This document shows, one piece after another, positions 50,554 through 59,923 of a stretch of 64,000 bases of DNA. The notes below the pieces were generated by a model. The model saw only the letters and a list, made by a program, of their open reading frames with translations, had not been told where the DNA came from and did no database searches. The translations under genes and the position numbers were made by a program. The stretch is from a virus (taxonomy: Duplodnaviria > Caudoviricetes). The stretch is from IMG/VR virus record IMGVR_UViG_3300014205_000175, positions 96,001-160,000 of that record. One strand, written 5' to 3'. Every line of letters begins with the position of its first letter. Positions within the stretch are counted from its first letter, which is position 1.

Positions 50554-50973
50554 TCACTGCCATTTTTTTGGTCCGAAAAGGTTCAGTCCTAGCGCATAGA
50601 GATTCGCCAGCCAACTAGGTGATTCATATTCGTGCATGAGTTGCTTAAATAGCGCGATACTGTTTTCTTTGGTCATGCCTTGGATCTCGTTACGGTACTG
50701 ACACAGCGCGTCGTGTACGAGTGTCGCTTTCATCGTGCTAGGCATGCCTTGAGTGTTGCTCGGACCATCCCAGATACCGAGCCATAGCCCCTTTGGTAGC
50801 ACCTCCCCCATCGGGATGCGGTACGACGGCGTACAGCCATCCCACGCATAGCCTTTGCGAATGAAGATGCGAGCATTCCGAATAATAACCCAATGACTAT
50901 CGAACGTGACGCCTATCAAATACGGCGATGTTAGTTCAAAGTCTTCAGCTAGTTTGTAACGCCATTTCGACAT
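50554..50973 (-). CDS. DUF1353-like protein
   Basis: GYAWDG...ATLVHDAL. Confidence 0.65.
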   Translation of the reverse strand: MSKWRYKLAEDFELTSPYLIGVTFDSHWVIIRNARIFIRKGYAWDGCTPSYRIPMGEVLPKGLWLGIWDGPSNTQGMPSTMKATLVHDALCQYRNEIQGMTKENSIALFKQLMHEYESPSWLANLYALGLNLFGPKKWQ

Positions 50974-51052
50974 TGTTTCCCCTTGTTTAATAAGACTCCA
51001 CTAGATGAATAGTGGGTAGAGTTTTATCTGGTTTCTGATTTTAACGCAGTTA

Positions 51053-51067
51053 CATATATAATACATG
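51053..51067 (+). promoter_or_regulatory. putative early promoter
   Basis: AGTTACATATATAATACATG. Confidence 0.7.
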
Positions 51068-51130
51068 GATACTAACACTATCGTTGGATCTACGTTAATT
51101 CGGCGTTAACTGGATATGGAGATTTTAATC

Positions 51131-51727
51131 ATGTACTACTGCACTATTGATGACAATGACGTGTTTGTCGAAGTTACCACGCTAGAAATGCAGCTGGCGG
51201 CAATAACCGAGTCCCATCGACAGGAGACTCTGAAAAGGTTGTGTATTACAGGTGGGGCGTTGGTAGTTCACCTGACCGAAGAAGCTCTGCAGCACATCCA
51301 GGTCTCGGGTGTTTTGAATAGTCAGGCACGCGAGCAGTTTACCGAGGTGAAATCGGGTTACTACATCACCCTCATTGAAGACTTCATGATCGGATTGGAG
51401 AAATCGGAAGTCGAGGCTCTTTTTCAACATGAGGTAGGACATCTGAAACACGGTATGCCCGAGACTACTGCTGAAAATACGCAGTGTGGCATTTTGATGT
51501 CGCTCGAAGATGAACTGGCTGCCGATGCTTACGCTGTCCAACAGGTGGGTACTCAAGTAGTGCAGAGCGCACTCATCAAGCTACTGGGTAATCGCTATCG
51601 AGTTGCCGAGCAATATGGTTTCCAGCTACCAGATACGATCGACAATCTCGTGCAGATTGATATGGCAGATCCTTTCATGAAGGTCCGTCTTGAAACCCTG
51701 CAGGCTTTGTCTGCTACAGCTCATTGA
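51131..51727 (+). CDS. zinc metallopeptidase-like protein (M48-like)
   Basis: EALFQHEVGH and ELAADAYA; start at 51131 after GGAG. Confidence 0.75.
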   Translation: MYYCTIDDNDVFVEVTTLEMQLAAITESHRQETLKRLCITGGALVVHLTEEALQHIQVSGVLNSQAREQFTEVKSGYYITLIEDFMIGLEKSEVEALFQHEVGHLKHGMPETTAENTQCGILMSLEDELAADAYAVQQVGTQVVQSALIKLLGNRYRVAEQYGFQLPDTIDNLVQIDMADPFMKVRLETLQALSATAH

Positions 51728-51739
51728 AAAGGAGCAATC

Positions 51740-51976
51740 ATGAGCTATCTGGATCTGTATCTGCTCTCAGGTATTTTCGTCGGCATAGTAGAAGTTTTCA
51801 AACGTCAAGAGATCGCTCAGGAAATCATCGCACGGCGTATCAAGCGCGGCATGGTGTCGCCAGAGAGAAGGCTTGAGCTACTAATCAACACCACTATCAT
51901 CGTCACGGCCATCACCCCGGTGATCAATACCTGGACGATGGCTGCCCGTATCATCCGAATCCTGCACGGGAGATAA
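51740..51976 (+). CDS. small membrane protein
   Basis: AAGGAG RBS; two hydrophobic segments. Confidence 0.6.
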   Translation: MSYLDLYLLSGIFVGIVEVFKRQEIAQEIIARRIKRGMVSPERRLELLINTTIIVTAITPVINTWTMAARIIRILHGR

Positions 51977-52079
51977 ATCGTATGTTTTCATCCGAACTGC
52001 AAGGCGCTATGTTCGCTTTTGTCGTGTTTCTCGTCTTACAAGCAGCTGCTTAATTCATCCATCACTAGGAGTCTCCGTC

Positions 52080-52874
52080 ATGCACAGCATCAAAGTCACC
52101 AACCGTGAGCAACTCATCGAAATCATTACCAACGCTGCTGTCAATGCCGATCTCAATCATCTCGACGTGAGCGGTATCACTGACATGAGTGGATTATTTT
52201 CATGCGGCAAGTTTACGGGCAACATCAGTGAGTGGATTGTATCTAATGTCACTGACATGAGCCATATGTTTTACAATAGCTCATTTAACGGCGACATCAG
52301 TCGATGGAACACGGCTAGCGTCACAAACATGCACCTGATGTTTGCAGGCAGTCAGTTTAACAGCGACATCTCGGGATGGGATGTATCCAACGTTACCAAC
52401 ATGTCAGGCATGTTTGGCGACAGTCAGTTCAATGAGGACATCTCGCACTGGAATGTCGGTCAAGTTACCGACATGTCAGGCATGTTCTACAAGAGTCAAT
52501 TCGATGGCGATATCTCACATTGGAATACCTCGCACATCACTAACATGCGAGCGATGCTCTCGTATAGTCAGTTCAACGGCGACATTTCACAGTGGGATGT
52601 GAGTCAAGTCACCGACATGTCTAACATGTTTACCCTTAGTCGCTTTAATGGCGACATCTCGAAATGGGATGTTAGCAACGTTACCAATATGACCTGGATG
52701 TTTGCAGGCAGTCAGTTTAACAGCGACATCTCGGGATGGGATGTATCCAATGTTATCGATATGCACGAGATGTTCGCAAGTAGTTCATTTACTGGCGACG
52801 TCAGCGCTTGGAACATCCGTTCCGATGCTGATACTACCGACATGTTTGTTGAGTTCGACATATACGCTGAGTAA
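52080..52874 (+). CDS. DUF285/BspA-type repeat protein
   Basis: About 9 repeats of 24 aa, MFxxSxFNGDISxWDVSxVTDM. Confidence 0.9.
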   Translation: MHSIKVTNREQLIEIITNAAVNADLNHLDVSGITDMSGLFSCGKFTGNISEWIVSNVTDMSHMFYNSSFNGDISRWNTASVTNMHLMFAGSQFNSDISGWDVSNVTNMSGMFGDSQFNEDISHWNVGQVTDMSGMFYKSQFDGDISHWNTSHITNMRAMLSYSQFNGDISQWDVSQVTDMSNMFTLSRFNGDISKWDVSNVTNMTWMFAGSQFNSDISGWDVSNVIDMHEMFASSSFTGDVSAWNIRSDADTTDMFVEFDIYAE

Positions 52875-52938
52875 CCATACGCAACCCCCTAGAGCCTATC
52901 GCTCTAGGGATTTTTTACCACTAACAGGAGCCTCCATC

Positions 52939-53343
52939 ATGCAAACCATCAAAGTCACCAGCCGTGAAGAACTCATCAGTATCATTCGTCAAGCGCCATT
53001 GAATGCAGATTTGAACCATCTGGACGTAAGTGCGGTCACGGACATGTCCTGTGTGTTTGCCGGTAGTCGGTTCAATGGAGACATTTCGAAGTGGAATGTA
53101 TCGAACGTCACCGATATGATGGGTATGTTTGCCGACAGTCGGTTTAACGGTGACATCTCTCAATGGGATGTATCCAGCGTCACAGACATGTCGGCAATGT
53201 TCGAATACAGTCCCTTTACTGGTGATATCTCCGCTTGGAACGTCCGTAACGTGACCGACATGGAGGAGATGTTTGCCCATAGCTCTTTTACTGGCGACCT
53301 CAGCAACTGGAGGCCAGATTGTTCCACTAACGACATGTTTTAA
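52939..53343 (+). CDS. DUF285/BspA-type repeat protein, shorter paralogue
   Basis: Start MQTIKVT after AGGAGCCTCCATC; same N-cap (ADLNHLDVS) and about 4 repeats. Confidence 0.88.
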   Translation: MQTIKVTSREELISIIRQAPLNADLNHLDVSAVTDMSCVFAGSRFNGDISKWNVSNVTDMMGMFADSRFNGDISQWDVSSVTDMSAMFEYSPFTGDISAWNVRNVTDMEEMFAHSSFTGDLSNWRPDCSTNDMF

Positions 53344-53421
53344 CCCGCACGCTATTCAGTTCACCCGTTTCCCCTATAGTCTAATGCCGTAGGGGTTCTA
53401 TCGACACCAGGAACTTCCATC

Positions 53422-53520
53422 ATGCACACCATCACCACCGCTTACACCCAAGGCAACGGCGTTATCCGCTCGACTGTCGTTATCACTGCGATCGTCGCCT
53501 TGGTTTTGCTGGGTCTTTAA
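53422..53520 (+). CDS. 32-aa hydrophobic peptide not in the ORF track
   Basis: AGGAACTTCCATCATG start cassette; MHTITTAYTQGNGVIRSTVVITAIVALVLLGL. Confidence 0.55.
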   Translation: MHTITTAYTQGNGVIRSTVVITAIVALVLLGL

Positions 53521-53584
53521 TGTGTCGGGGACACTAGCTGTCCCTGTGGTATCAGTAGCGAAAAAAGAAAGGGAGGATATTCCG

Positions 53585-54247
53585 ATGACTAAGTTTAGCA
53601 CGTGTGTTTGGCTCGCATTTATCTGGGGTGCACTACTGGCTCTGAGCTGGAACGATCATGTCGAACACGAACGCGATCAGGACAAAACTTACCAACTCGC
53701 CGAATCTTCTAGCGACACCCGTCCGATCACCTATGTTGAAGAACCGCTGGTGTTTACTAAACCTCAAGCCAGGGTCAAGCCGACAGTGAGCAGGAACACA
53801 GCAGCAAAATCACCCACGCAACATAAACTCGCCCTGGCCATCACTAAGGTCTACAGGGCAGTCGAGTACGAGACGGCACAGCGCATCGTTGAACTCACCC
53901 ACCAGCACGCTAGAAAGCATAATCTTAACCCGATGCTCATGATAGGGCTGATTGCGGCTGAGTCGAGCTTTAATCGTAACGCCGTCTCTCCGGTGGGTGC
54001 AATCGGCTACACGCAAGTGCTACCGAAGTGGCATCAGGAGAAGATCCGTGGGCGCGATCTCAGAGATGTACGCGTGTCTATCGAAGTAGGCGCTCAAGTG
54101 CTGAAAGACTGTTTCGACAGACGCGGGAACACCAAAATGGCGCTGGCATGCTACAACGGCGCTCAGCGCAAGAAGGACATCGAGGAATACTACACGATGG
54201 TCATGGATCGTAAAGATCGTATCACTACAGTGATGCAAAACATCTAA
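53585..54247 (+). CDS. SLT-family lytic transglycosylase with N-terminal membrane anchor
   Basis: IAAESSFNRNAVSPVGAIGYTQV, ALACYNG; GGAGG RBS. Confidence 0.88.
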   Translation: MTKFSTCVWLAFIWGALLALSWNDHVEHERDQDKTYQLAESSSDTRPITYVEEPLVFTKPQARVKPTVSRNTAAKSPTQHKLALAITKVYRAVEYETAQRIVELTHQHARKHNLNPMLMIGLIAAESSFNRNAVSPVGAIGYTQVLPKWHQEKIRGRDLRDVRVSIEVGAQVLKDCFDRRGNTKMALACYNGAQRKKDIEEYYTMVMDRKDRITTVMQNI

Positions 54248-54259
54248 AAGAGGACCAGC

Positions 54260-55039
54260 ATGCTGAATGCAGAGCACCGAAAAGTATTTGAAGAGATGGT
54301 GACTAAGGCTCATCAACGCATTGAGAAAAATGATCAAGGTAACTACATAGATAAAAATGTTAGAACCTTGTGGCGTGGTTTTAAGATGGGCGTAAAAGCT
54401 AGCGAAACCATTAAATCTCGGTACCGAACAGTATGGGTGGTGGCACGGATACAGGACGATAGGTCCTATAGTTTTAGCCTTAATCCTTACCGACACCTCA
54501 GTGAACTTGAGGCTATGAACGAAGCATCTCGTTTGACTTCAATTCATCAAGCGCGCTTCGCTGTGTTCAGACGCATCCATATCACATCTGCAACACAGCA
54601 GTCCGTTGTCGAATCCGTATCGTCTGCGATGTCGATGGACGATGTATTTCCTGATTATCAGGACGGACATTGTCATGTACTTGCCATCGCACTACACCAA
54701 AGGTATGGTTACGACCTGTACGCCATTGCAGAAGACCGAGAATATCCGGATGGTGCTGCCTTGGGACTCATTCATGCTTACTGTCTTACTGATATGAGTG
54801 ATGCTGTCGATGCCAGTGGTATGATTGACGTAGCAACGATGCATGAAAGATATTTGCCTTTGGGTAATAACCCGATGGTAATGAGACTTACCAGCGAAGA
54901 ATTGTGGTGGTTGGCAGAGGGTGATGTGGCGATCGATCTAAAGGCGATAACGAGAGCGCATCGATATATCGACGAGATGATCGCCACCAGTAACGCATCT
55001 GTCATTTTTAAAAGGAGTAATGCCTATGTGTTCGCCTAA
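54260..55039 (+). CDS. two-domain protein; C-terminal papain/transglutaminase-like Cys-His-Asp candidate
   Basis: GHCHVLAIAL...IHAYC...VDASG. Confidence 0.5.
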   Translation: MLNAEHRKVFEEMVTKAHQRIEKNDQGNYIDKNVRTLWRGFKMGVKASETIKSRYRTVWVVARIQDDRSYSFSLNPYRHLSELEAMNEASRLTSIHQARFAVFRRIHITSATQQSVVESVSSAMSMDDVFPDYQDGHCHVLAIALHQRYGYDLYAIAEDREYPDGAALGLIHAYCLTDMSDAVDASGMIDVATMHERYLPLGNNPMVMRLTSEELWWLAEGDVAIDLKAITRAHRYIDEMIATSNASVIFKRSNAYVFA

Positions 55040-55712
55040 GAAGCCTGTTCCGGTTACCCCCGAAGAACAAGACATCGCTTTGGTGCGTAAAGACCCTCAT
55101 GCACTAAAGCATCTCAGCAGCCAAACTCCTGCTGTGTGTTTGGCTGCAGTGCGTCAGAACGGACTGACTCTCATGTACGTCAAGGAACAAACGCCTGAGA
55201 TCTGCATGGCAGCGATCAAAGAAGAACCAGCAGCGTTGCGTTATGTGCATGAACAAACCCTGGAGCTTTGCCTAGAAGCGGTCGCGACCAATCCTTCGAT
55301 AGTCGTCTATGTGAACAACCCGACCGAAGAGTTCTGGACGAAGGCTCTCAAGCGTGACGGCATGCTGCTGAAATTCGCACCTCTGCAGTTTCATCGACTG
55401 AGTCTGATCGCCGTACAGCAAAACGGCCTGACACTGAAGTTCGTCCGACAGCAAACCCCGGAGATCTGTAAGGCAGCAGTCGAACAAAACTCTTTCGCCC
55501 TGCGATACGTCCGTGACCAAACCTACGAGTTATGCCTCTCGGCTGCGCTCCGTAGTCCGTACGTGTTGGAGATGATAAATGAGGAAGAAATCTATGAGCA
55601 GGTCTGTAAAGCTATCCACGATAACAAAACCACTGCTAACGTACGATCTGTCATCGTTGAGCAACACACACAACTCTACTTAAACCCTAGGAACCATCTA
55701 TGCGAGTGTTGA
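55020..55712 (+). CDS. DUF4116-type helical repeat protein
   Basis: Repeated QTPEICxAAVxQNGxxLxYV. Confidence 0.8.
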   Translation: MPMCSPKKPVPVTPEEQDIALVRKDPHALKHLSSQTPAVCLAAVRQNGLTLMYVKEQTPEICMAAIKEEPAALRYVHEQTLELCLEAVATNPSIVVYVNNPTEEFWTKALKRDGMLLKFAPLQFHRLSLIAVQQNGLTLKFVRQQTPEICKAAVEQNSFALRYVRDQTYELCLSAALRSPYVLEMINEEEIYEQVCKAIHDNKTTANVRSVIVEQHTQLYLNPRNHLCEC

Positions 55713-56470
55713 ACAAATACAAGGACGCCAAAAGCTGGACTACGGTCTATATCGGTAGGGGCTCGGTGTTTGGTAACCCTTACGTCATCGGTGAACACGG
55801 CACGCGTGAAGCCGTCATCGCGATGTACGACAAATGGCTGACGAACAAAATCCTTCAGCGTGACGTCATAATGCTGGGTGCTTTGAGGCAACTCACCAAA
55901 GATTCGGACCTGATGTGTTTTTGTAAACCGGTACCGTGTCACGGTGATGTCATCCAACGCATCTGGGAGGAGATCAGTAGTCACGAGACATGGGATGCTG
56001 GCGTGGATGCTTTTATCGCTCGTCACGGTAAAAACTACCTGCCCGTTAACGATGGGGTCGATCACATCAACGTTTATAGCCGCGGCAACACCGAGCTCGG
56101 ACGCTGGTTATCTAACTTTGCCCGCGCACCGTTCATACACCCCCTATACGGGGTTTTCGAGAGCATCGAAGGGTTCTGGTACTGGCTCGGTACTGGTAAG
56201 AGTGTAGAGGCTCTAAGAGGCACTCACGGGCTAGCGGCTAAACGTCTCGGTAAACAATACCTCAAAGTCCCGTGTGACAATTTCGAAGAAGAGATCCGTC
56301 AAGCCATCACCTATAAGCTAGAGCAACATCCGCAATATCTGAAGATGTTGCGCGAGAGCTCGTTGCCACTGGCTCATTACTATTACTACGGTGAGCCTGA
56401 AAACTGCAAGATTATCACTATGCCTCAGTTCGATTGGATCATCGAACACCTAGAACACCAGCGTGTTTAA
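55700..56470 (+). CDS. DUF4326 domain fused to a NADAR-like domain
   Basis: YIGRGSVFGNPY...LMCFCKPVPCHGDV; C-terminal LSNF...FESIEGFW...AKRLG...KLEQHP. Confidence 0.7.
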   Translation: MRVLNKYKDAKSWTTVYIGRGSVFGNPYVIGEHGTREAVIAMYDKWLTNKILQRDVIMLGALRQLTKDSDLMCFCKPVPCHGDVIQRIWEEISSHETWDAGVDAFIARHGKNYLPVNDGVDHINVYSRGNTELGRWLSNFARAPFIHPLYGVFESIEGFWYWLGTGKSVEALRGTHGLAAKRLGKQYLKVPCDNFEEEIRQAITYKLEQHPQYLKMLRESSLPLAHYYYYGEPENCKIITMPQFDWIIEHLEHQRV

Positions 56471-56526
56471 GGCACTTCCCTCTTCTCCCTACCTGGCAGA
56501 TGCCGGTAGGGAGAAGAGAGGGTGCT

Positions 56527-56883
56527 TTATTTTTTGCTATCGGAATGAAACTGCTGCTCCACTGATGCTGCGATGTTGGACTTACGTCGGTTTTCTTCAT
56601 CGGCTGAGCGATTGAGCATATCGACAACATCAACCGGCATCTCCAAGTATTCGGCGATGCTTAGTCCATAGATCTCACGGATGTTTTTGGCGATGTAGAT
56701 ACGCAGTATCGTCTCCATGAGACTGCCATCATTGGGATTTTCAACATCATGAAATGCAACACTCGATAGTGGTTTGGCGATTGCTTGTTTGAAATGGTTG
56801 TGTACACCATACTCGACATCATAAGCACTACCCAACACAATAGCGCTATCGACGGCATTGAGTTTGGGTAGCTTCTTGAACAT
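56527..56883 (-). CDS. conserved hypothetical protein (start may lie further upstream)
   Basis: Minus-strand operon with 56949-58975. Confidence 0.55.
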   Translation of the reverse strand: MFKKLPKLNAVDSAIVLGSAYDVEYGVHNHFKQAIAKPLSSVAFHDVENPNDGSLMETILRIYIAKNIREIYGLSIAEYLEMPVDVVDMLNRSADEENRRKSNIAASVEQQFHSDSKK

Positions 56884-56948
56884 CTCACCGATAAAGCTGT
56901 ACCAGTCTACATCCAGTCCGAAACCTGGTACAGCGATATGACGTCCAC

Positions 56949-58481
56949 TCAGCGAGTCGCTATTCTCTGAATTCGCTGAGTGATGAGGCCGAAAAAAAGC
57001 TGGATCACATCCAACGGGATGATGTTAACAAATGCATCATTGATGGTGTTTTCTTTTTGCTCCGTATGACATACCGGGCAGTCGTAAGTAGGAATGCCAA
57101 CTACTGCCAGCGTGCTATCATTGATATACTTGACCACGGCTTCAATGAACTTTTCACGCACCCGATCATCTGCCGACATCACATCCAGCGTCATCTCGAT
57201 GGTTTCGCGATCATCGATGACGTTGCTATCGAGTTCGATCGATTCGATCCAGTGGGCATACTGGCGCATTGAAGTAGCCTGCGCATACCGTTGGATGATG
57301 AGGTTACGTTCTTCATCATTGGCAGTAGTATTGATGCTCGTAGTGATCTTATCAACGATGCCAGAAATCCAACGATGGCCTTCGTTGACATACTGCGTGA
57401 CCGTCGGCGATTTGAGAGTGACATGTAGCTCTGAATCTGTGAACGCATCCGAGAGTGAGACACGACGGTTTTTCAGTCCTAGCATCTCATCCCGGTACTT
57501 CTTCACGCTACTGAGATCACGACCGAACGGTTGACGCAGTGCCATGTGAGATTTCTGCCACTCAGTTAGAGCATTGCTGTTGGTCCACAGTAGTTTACTC
57601 AGATTCAGCCGTTCCTCAACGACGTGGTTGCATTTTTCTGGATTGGTCAGACAGCCACGTTGGTACTGAAAGCCTTTCGGGTACATCGTACAAGCAAAAC
57701 CCCACACCAGTGTGAATAGATCTTGCACTGCGATATGGTCCCGGATATTCGAAATCGGCAGTTCCTCGTTACGTACCGTAGTGGTGTAGATATGCGAAGC
57801 GATGAAATCCATCAGGTAATCGACAGTGTAGCTCGTCGTATTCGAATACACCAGACCGTAGGTGAAACGACCCATGCGGATTTTCTCCGACACCAGTAGT
57901 CGGTTAAGCTCGATGATCTCAGCTTCAGTGGGTGGTTTGAGCGTAACCCAAATACCGCTATGCCATAGCGGCACTTGGAACGTCGTGCCCAACCCCAGCT
58001 GACGAATCACCCTCAGTACCGCTCGCTCGCCTTTGAGGTTCTCGTTTTCCGTCTGTTTGATCTTGGGTGCCTGAGCACTATAACGCTGACCGTTAAAGTC
58101 CACTGATTGTTTGTAAAGAGCGCTGACGTTTTCCATGGTAGGCACGAAAGCCTTGGCAAACGTATTATACTCTAGGCCACCAGCCACTACATCAGCCCAT
58201 TTACGCGAATCGGGATTATCGAGTAGGTTGATATTAGGAGTATCTTCGAGAAGCTGACGAGCTACCGAGTCCAGATTAGACGGCAGAGGTAGCGTGAGAT
58301 CATTGTCATCCCAGTTTGTCGCTGTACTGACAGCTTCCTCTTGCACTGCTTTATGGCGGATCGGTACAGATTTATCTTCTTCGACTGCTATCTCAGGTTC
58401 TACTTGAGGCACCGGGCTCTCATAGACTTCATCGGTTTCAACCGTATTTTCTACTTCGCTAGCACAGCTTTCTTGATTCAT
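56949..58481 (-). CDS. conserved phiKZ-like protein with a CxxC motif
   Basis: 510 aa, GGAG RBS, YDCPVCH. Confidence 0.65.
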   Translation of the reverse strand: MNQESCASEVENTVETDEVYESPVPQVEPEIAVEEDKSVPIRHKAVQEEAVSTATNWDDNDLTLPLPSNLDSVARQLLEDTPNINLLDNPDSRKWADVVAGGLEYNTFAKAFVPTMENVSALYKQSVDFNGQRYSAQAPKIKQTENENLKGERAVLRVIRQLGLGTTFQVPLWHSGIWVTLKPPTEAEIIELNRLLVSEKIRMGRFTYGLVYSNTTSYTVDYLMDFIASHIYTTTVRNEELPISNIRDHIAVQDLFTLVWGFACTMYPKGFQYQRGCLTNPEKCNHVVEERLNLSKLLWTNSNALTEWQKSHMALRQPFGRDLSSVKKYRDEMLGLKNRRVSLSDAFTDSELHVTLKSPTVTQYVNEGHRWISGIVDKITTSINTTANDEERNLIIQRYAQATSMRQYAHWIESIELDSNVIDDRETIEMTLDVMSADDRVREKFIEAVVKYINDSTLAVVGIPTYDCPVCHTEQKENTINDAFVNIIPLDVIQLFFGLITQRIQRIATR

Positions 58482-58975
58482 TTGGGTTCTCCGGATTTGG
58501 AACGGTTGATAGCTTCCATCGCCATGTCAGTGATAGACAGCACAGTTTGGAAACTCAGGGATTTGAAGTTATCGAAAAACTCGGTATAAAGACCATAGAT
58601 GCTAAAGGCCGCAGCGAGCTCATCTTCGGTAGTGATATTACCGCTACGTTGGCTATGCATCGCGTGGATGGCGATGAGTTGATTAGTAAAGAGATCAATG
58701 TCACGCTTAAAACCATCGACCGCCACGCGGAACTCGGAGGGGTTAGTTACGTAGTTCATCAGGTTCGGGTAGTTAACGAGTTCGGTGACGGAACTCAGCG
58801 TCTCGTAGATCCCGGTGGCGCATTTCTGATACAGGTCTTCGAGTTCACTCCAGGACTGCGATAGGTCCTGGCGCGGAGCAGTGCCACGGTAGGTATCACT
58901 AATAGCTGCTGCAGTTGTTTTGGCAACAGGGATGACAGCTTTCTTCGCTGCCGGTTTAAGGGTTTTGCTAACCAT
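58478..58975 (-). CDS. hypothetical protein
   Basis: GGAG RBS, ATGA overlap. Confidence 0.6.
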   Translation of the reverse strand: MVSKTLKPAAKKAVIPVAKTTAAAISDTYRGTAPRQDLSQSWSELEDLYQKCATGIYETLSSVTELVNYPNLMNYVTNPSEFRVAVDGFKRDIDLFTNQLIAIHAMHSQRSGNITTEDELAAAFSIYGLYTEFFDNFKSLSFQTVLSITDMAMEAINRSKSGEPK

Positions 58976-59062
58976 GATTAAAAATCTCCAAAGGTGAAAT
59001 GATGTGGTGCTTCCAGCTAATATGGACTAGCTAATTTTTTTAACTTTAAGTGTGAGGTAGTT

Positions 59063-59923
59063 ATGTTGGACAATGATGTATACGAATTCATTATGAGTCA
59101 TTATCCGCCGGGTCAAGCTGATGAGATGTTAAGAAGTTTTGAACTACTGTTCGCCTATGGTTTGAAATATCCCGATAGCGAATTTGCTGAGTTGGCAGTA
59201 ACCTCGGATAACTATACTCAAGATGCCATCGTAGATCTTTTTAGCTACAAACTACGAACCGCGCTCGATCGACTACTGGAAGAACATGCGTTATATCTGA
59301 AACCTGAAACTAGTCTTGAAACATGTAATGAGATTGTCGCTGGGGTATTTCTACTACAGAACCTAGCCGACTATTCGATGGTAGCTGAGATTCTAGAATC
59401 TTATCTCGATCATGAAGAGCAACTCATTGCTATCCTCGGCTATGTCAGCGCTCTTAACGATATCCAGTTAGCAGATGCATTTTCTAAGACTGACGGGGTA
59501 TTTCTCACAGCACTACGTAACTTCATTACACAACGCTCAGTCACGCCTGCTGTTGAGCATAGCGATGACGAAGGTCCGTTACTAGTGAAGTTAAAACGAT
59601 TTCGTCAATTTATCGACAGTAACAGTGCCCTTGGTATCACGTTACTCGAAGATGGTGTGCCGTGTGCTCTGCCGTTAGAACAATATCTAGGGCATCTACA
59701 GCACCTCGATCAAACTACCCTGGCATTACCGCAGCTGGCTTTGGATATATTGTCAGTGCTATTGCTCTCGCCCGATAGTTATCAGCTACCATTACTTGCC
59801 TATCGCAAACATAGTCACGGGTTTATTACGGATCTGACTACCATCTCCCAGGTGGATGCTATTATCACGCATATCCTCAACGATTTTGAACGCTACCGTC
59901 TGGATGGAGTCTCTCATGAATAA
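59063..59923 (+). CDS. conserved hypothetical protein (gp79-like by position)
   Basis: GAGG RBS, overlaps the RNAP subunit gene. Confidence 0.6.
   Translation: MLDNDVYEFIMSHYPPGQADEMLRSFELLFAYGLKYPDSEFAELAVTSDNYTQDAIVDLFSYKLRTALDRLLEEHALYLKPETSLETCNEIVAGVFLLQNLADYSMVAEILESYLDHEEQLIAILGYVSALNDIQLADAFSKTDGVFLTALRNFITQRSVTPAVEHSDDEGPLLVKLKRFRQFIDSNSALGITLLEDGVPCALPLEQYLGHLQHLDQTTLALPQLALDILSVLLLSPDSYQLPLLAYRKHSHGFITDLTTISQVDAIITHILNDFERYRLDGVSHE

Noticed and set aside
52702-52938. 5' extension of ORF 52702-53343 suggesting a frameshifted single gene
   Set aside because: The second gene has its own RBS and N-cap at 52939, and the first ends with a stop and terminator-like hairpin
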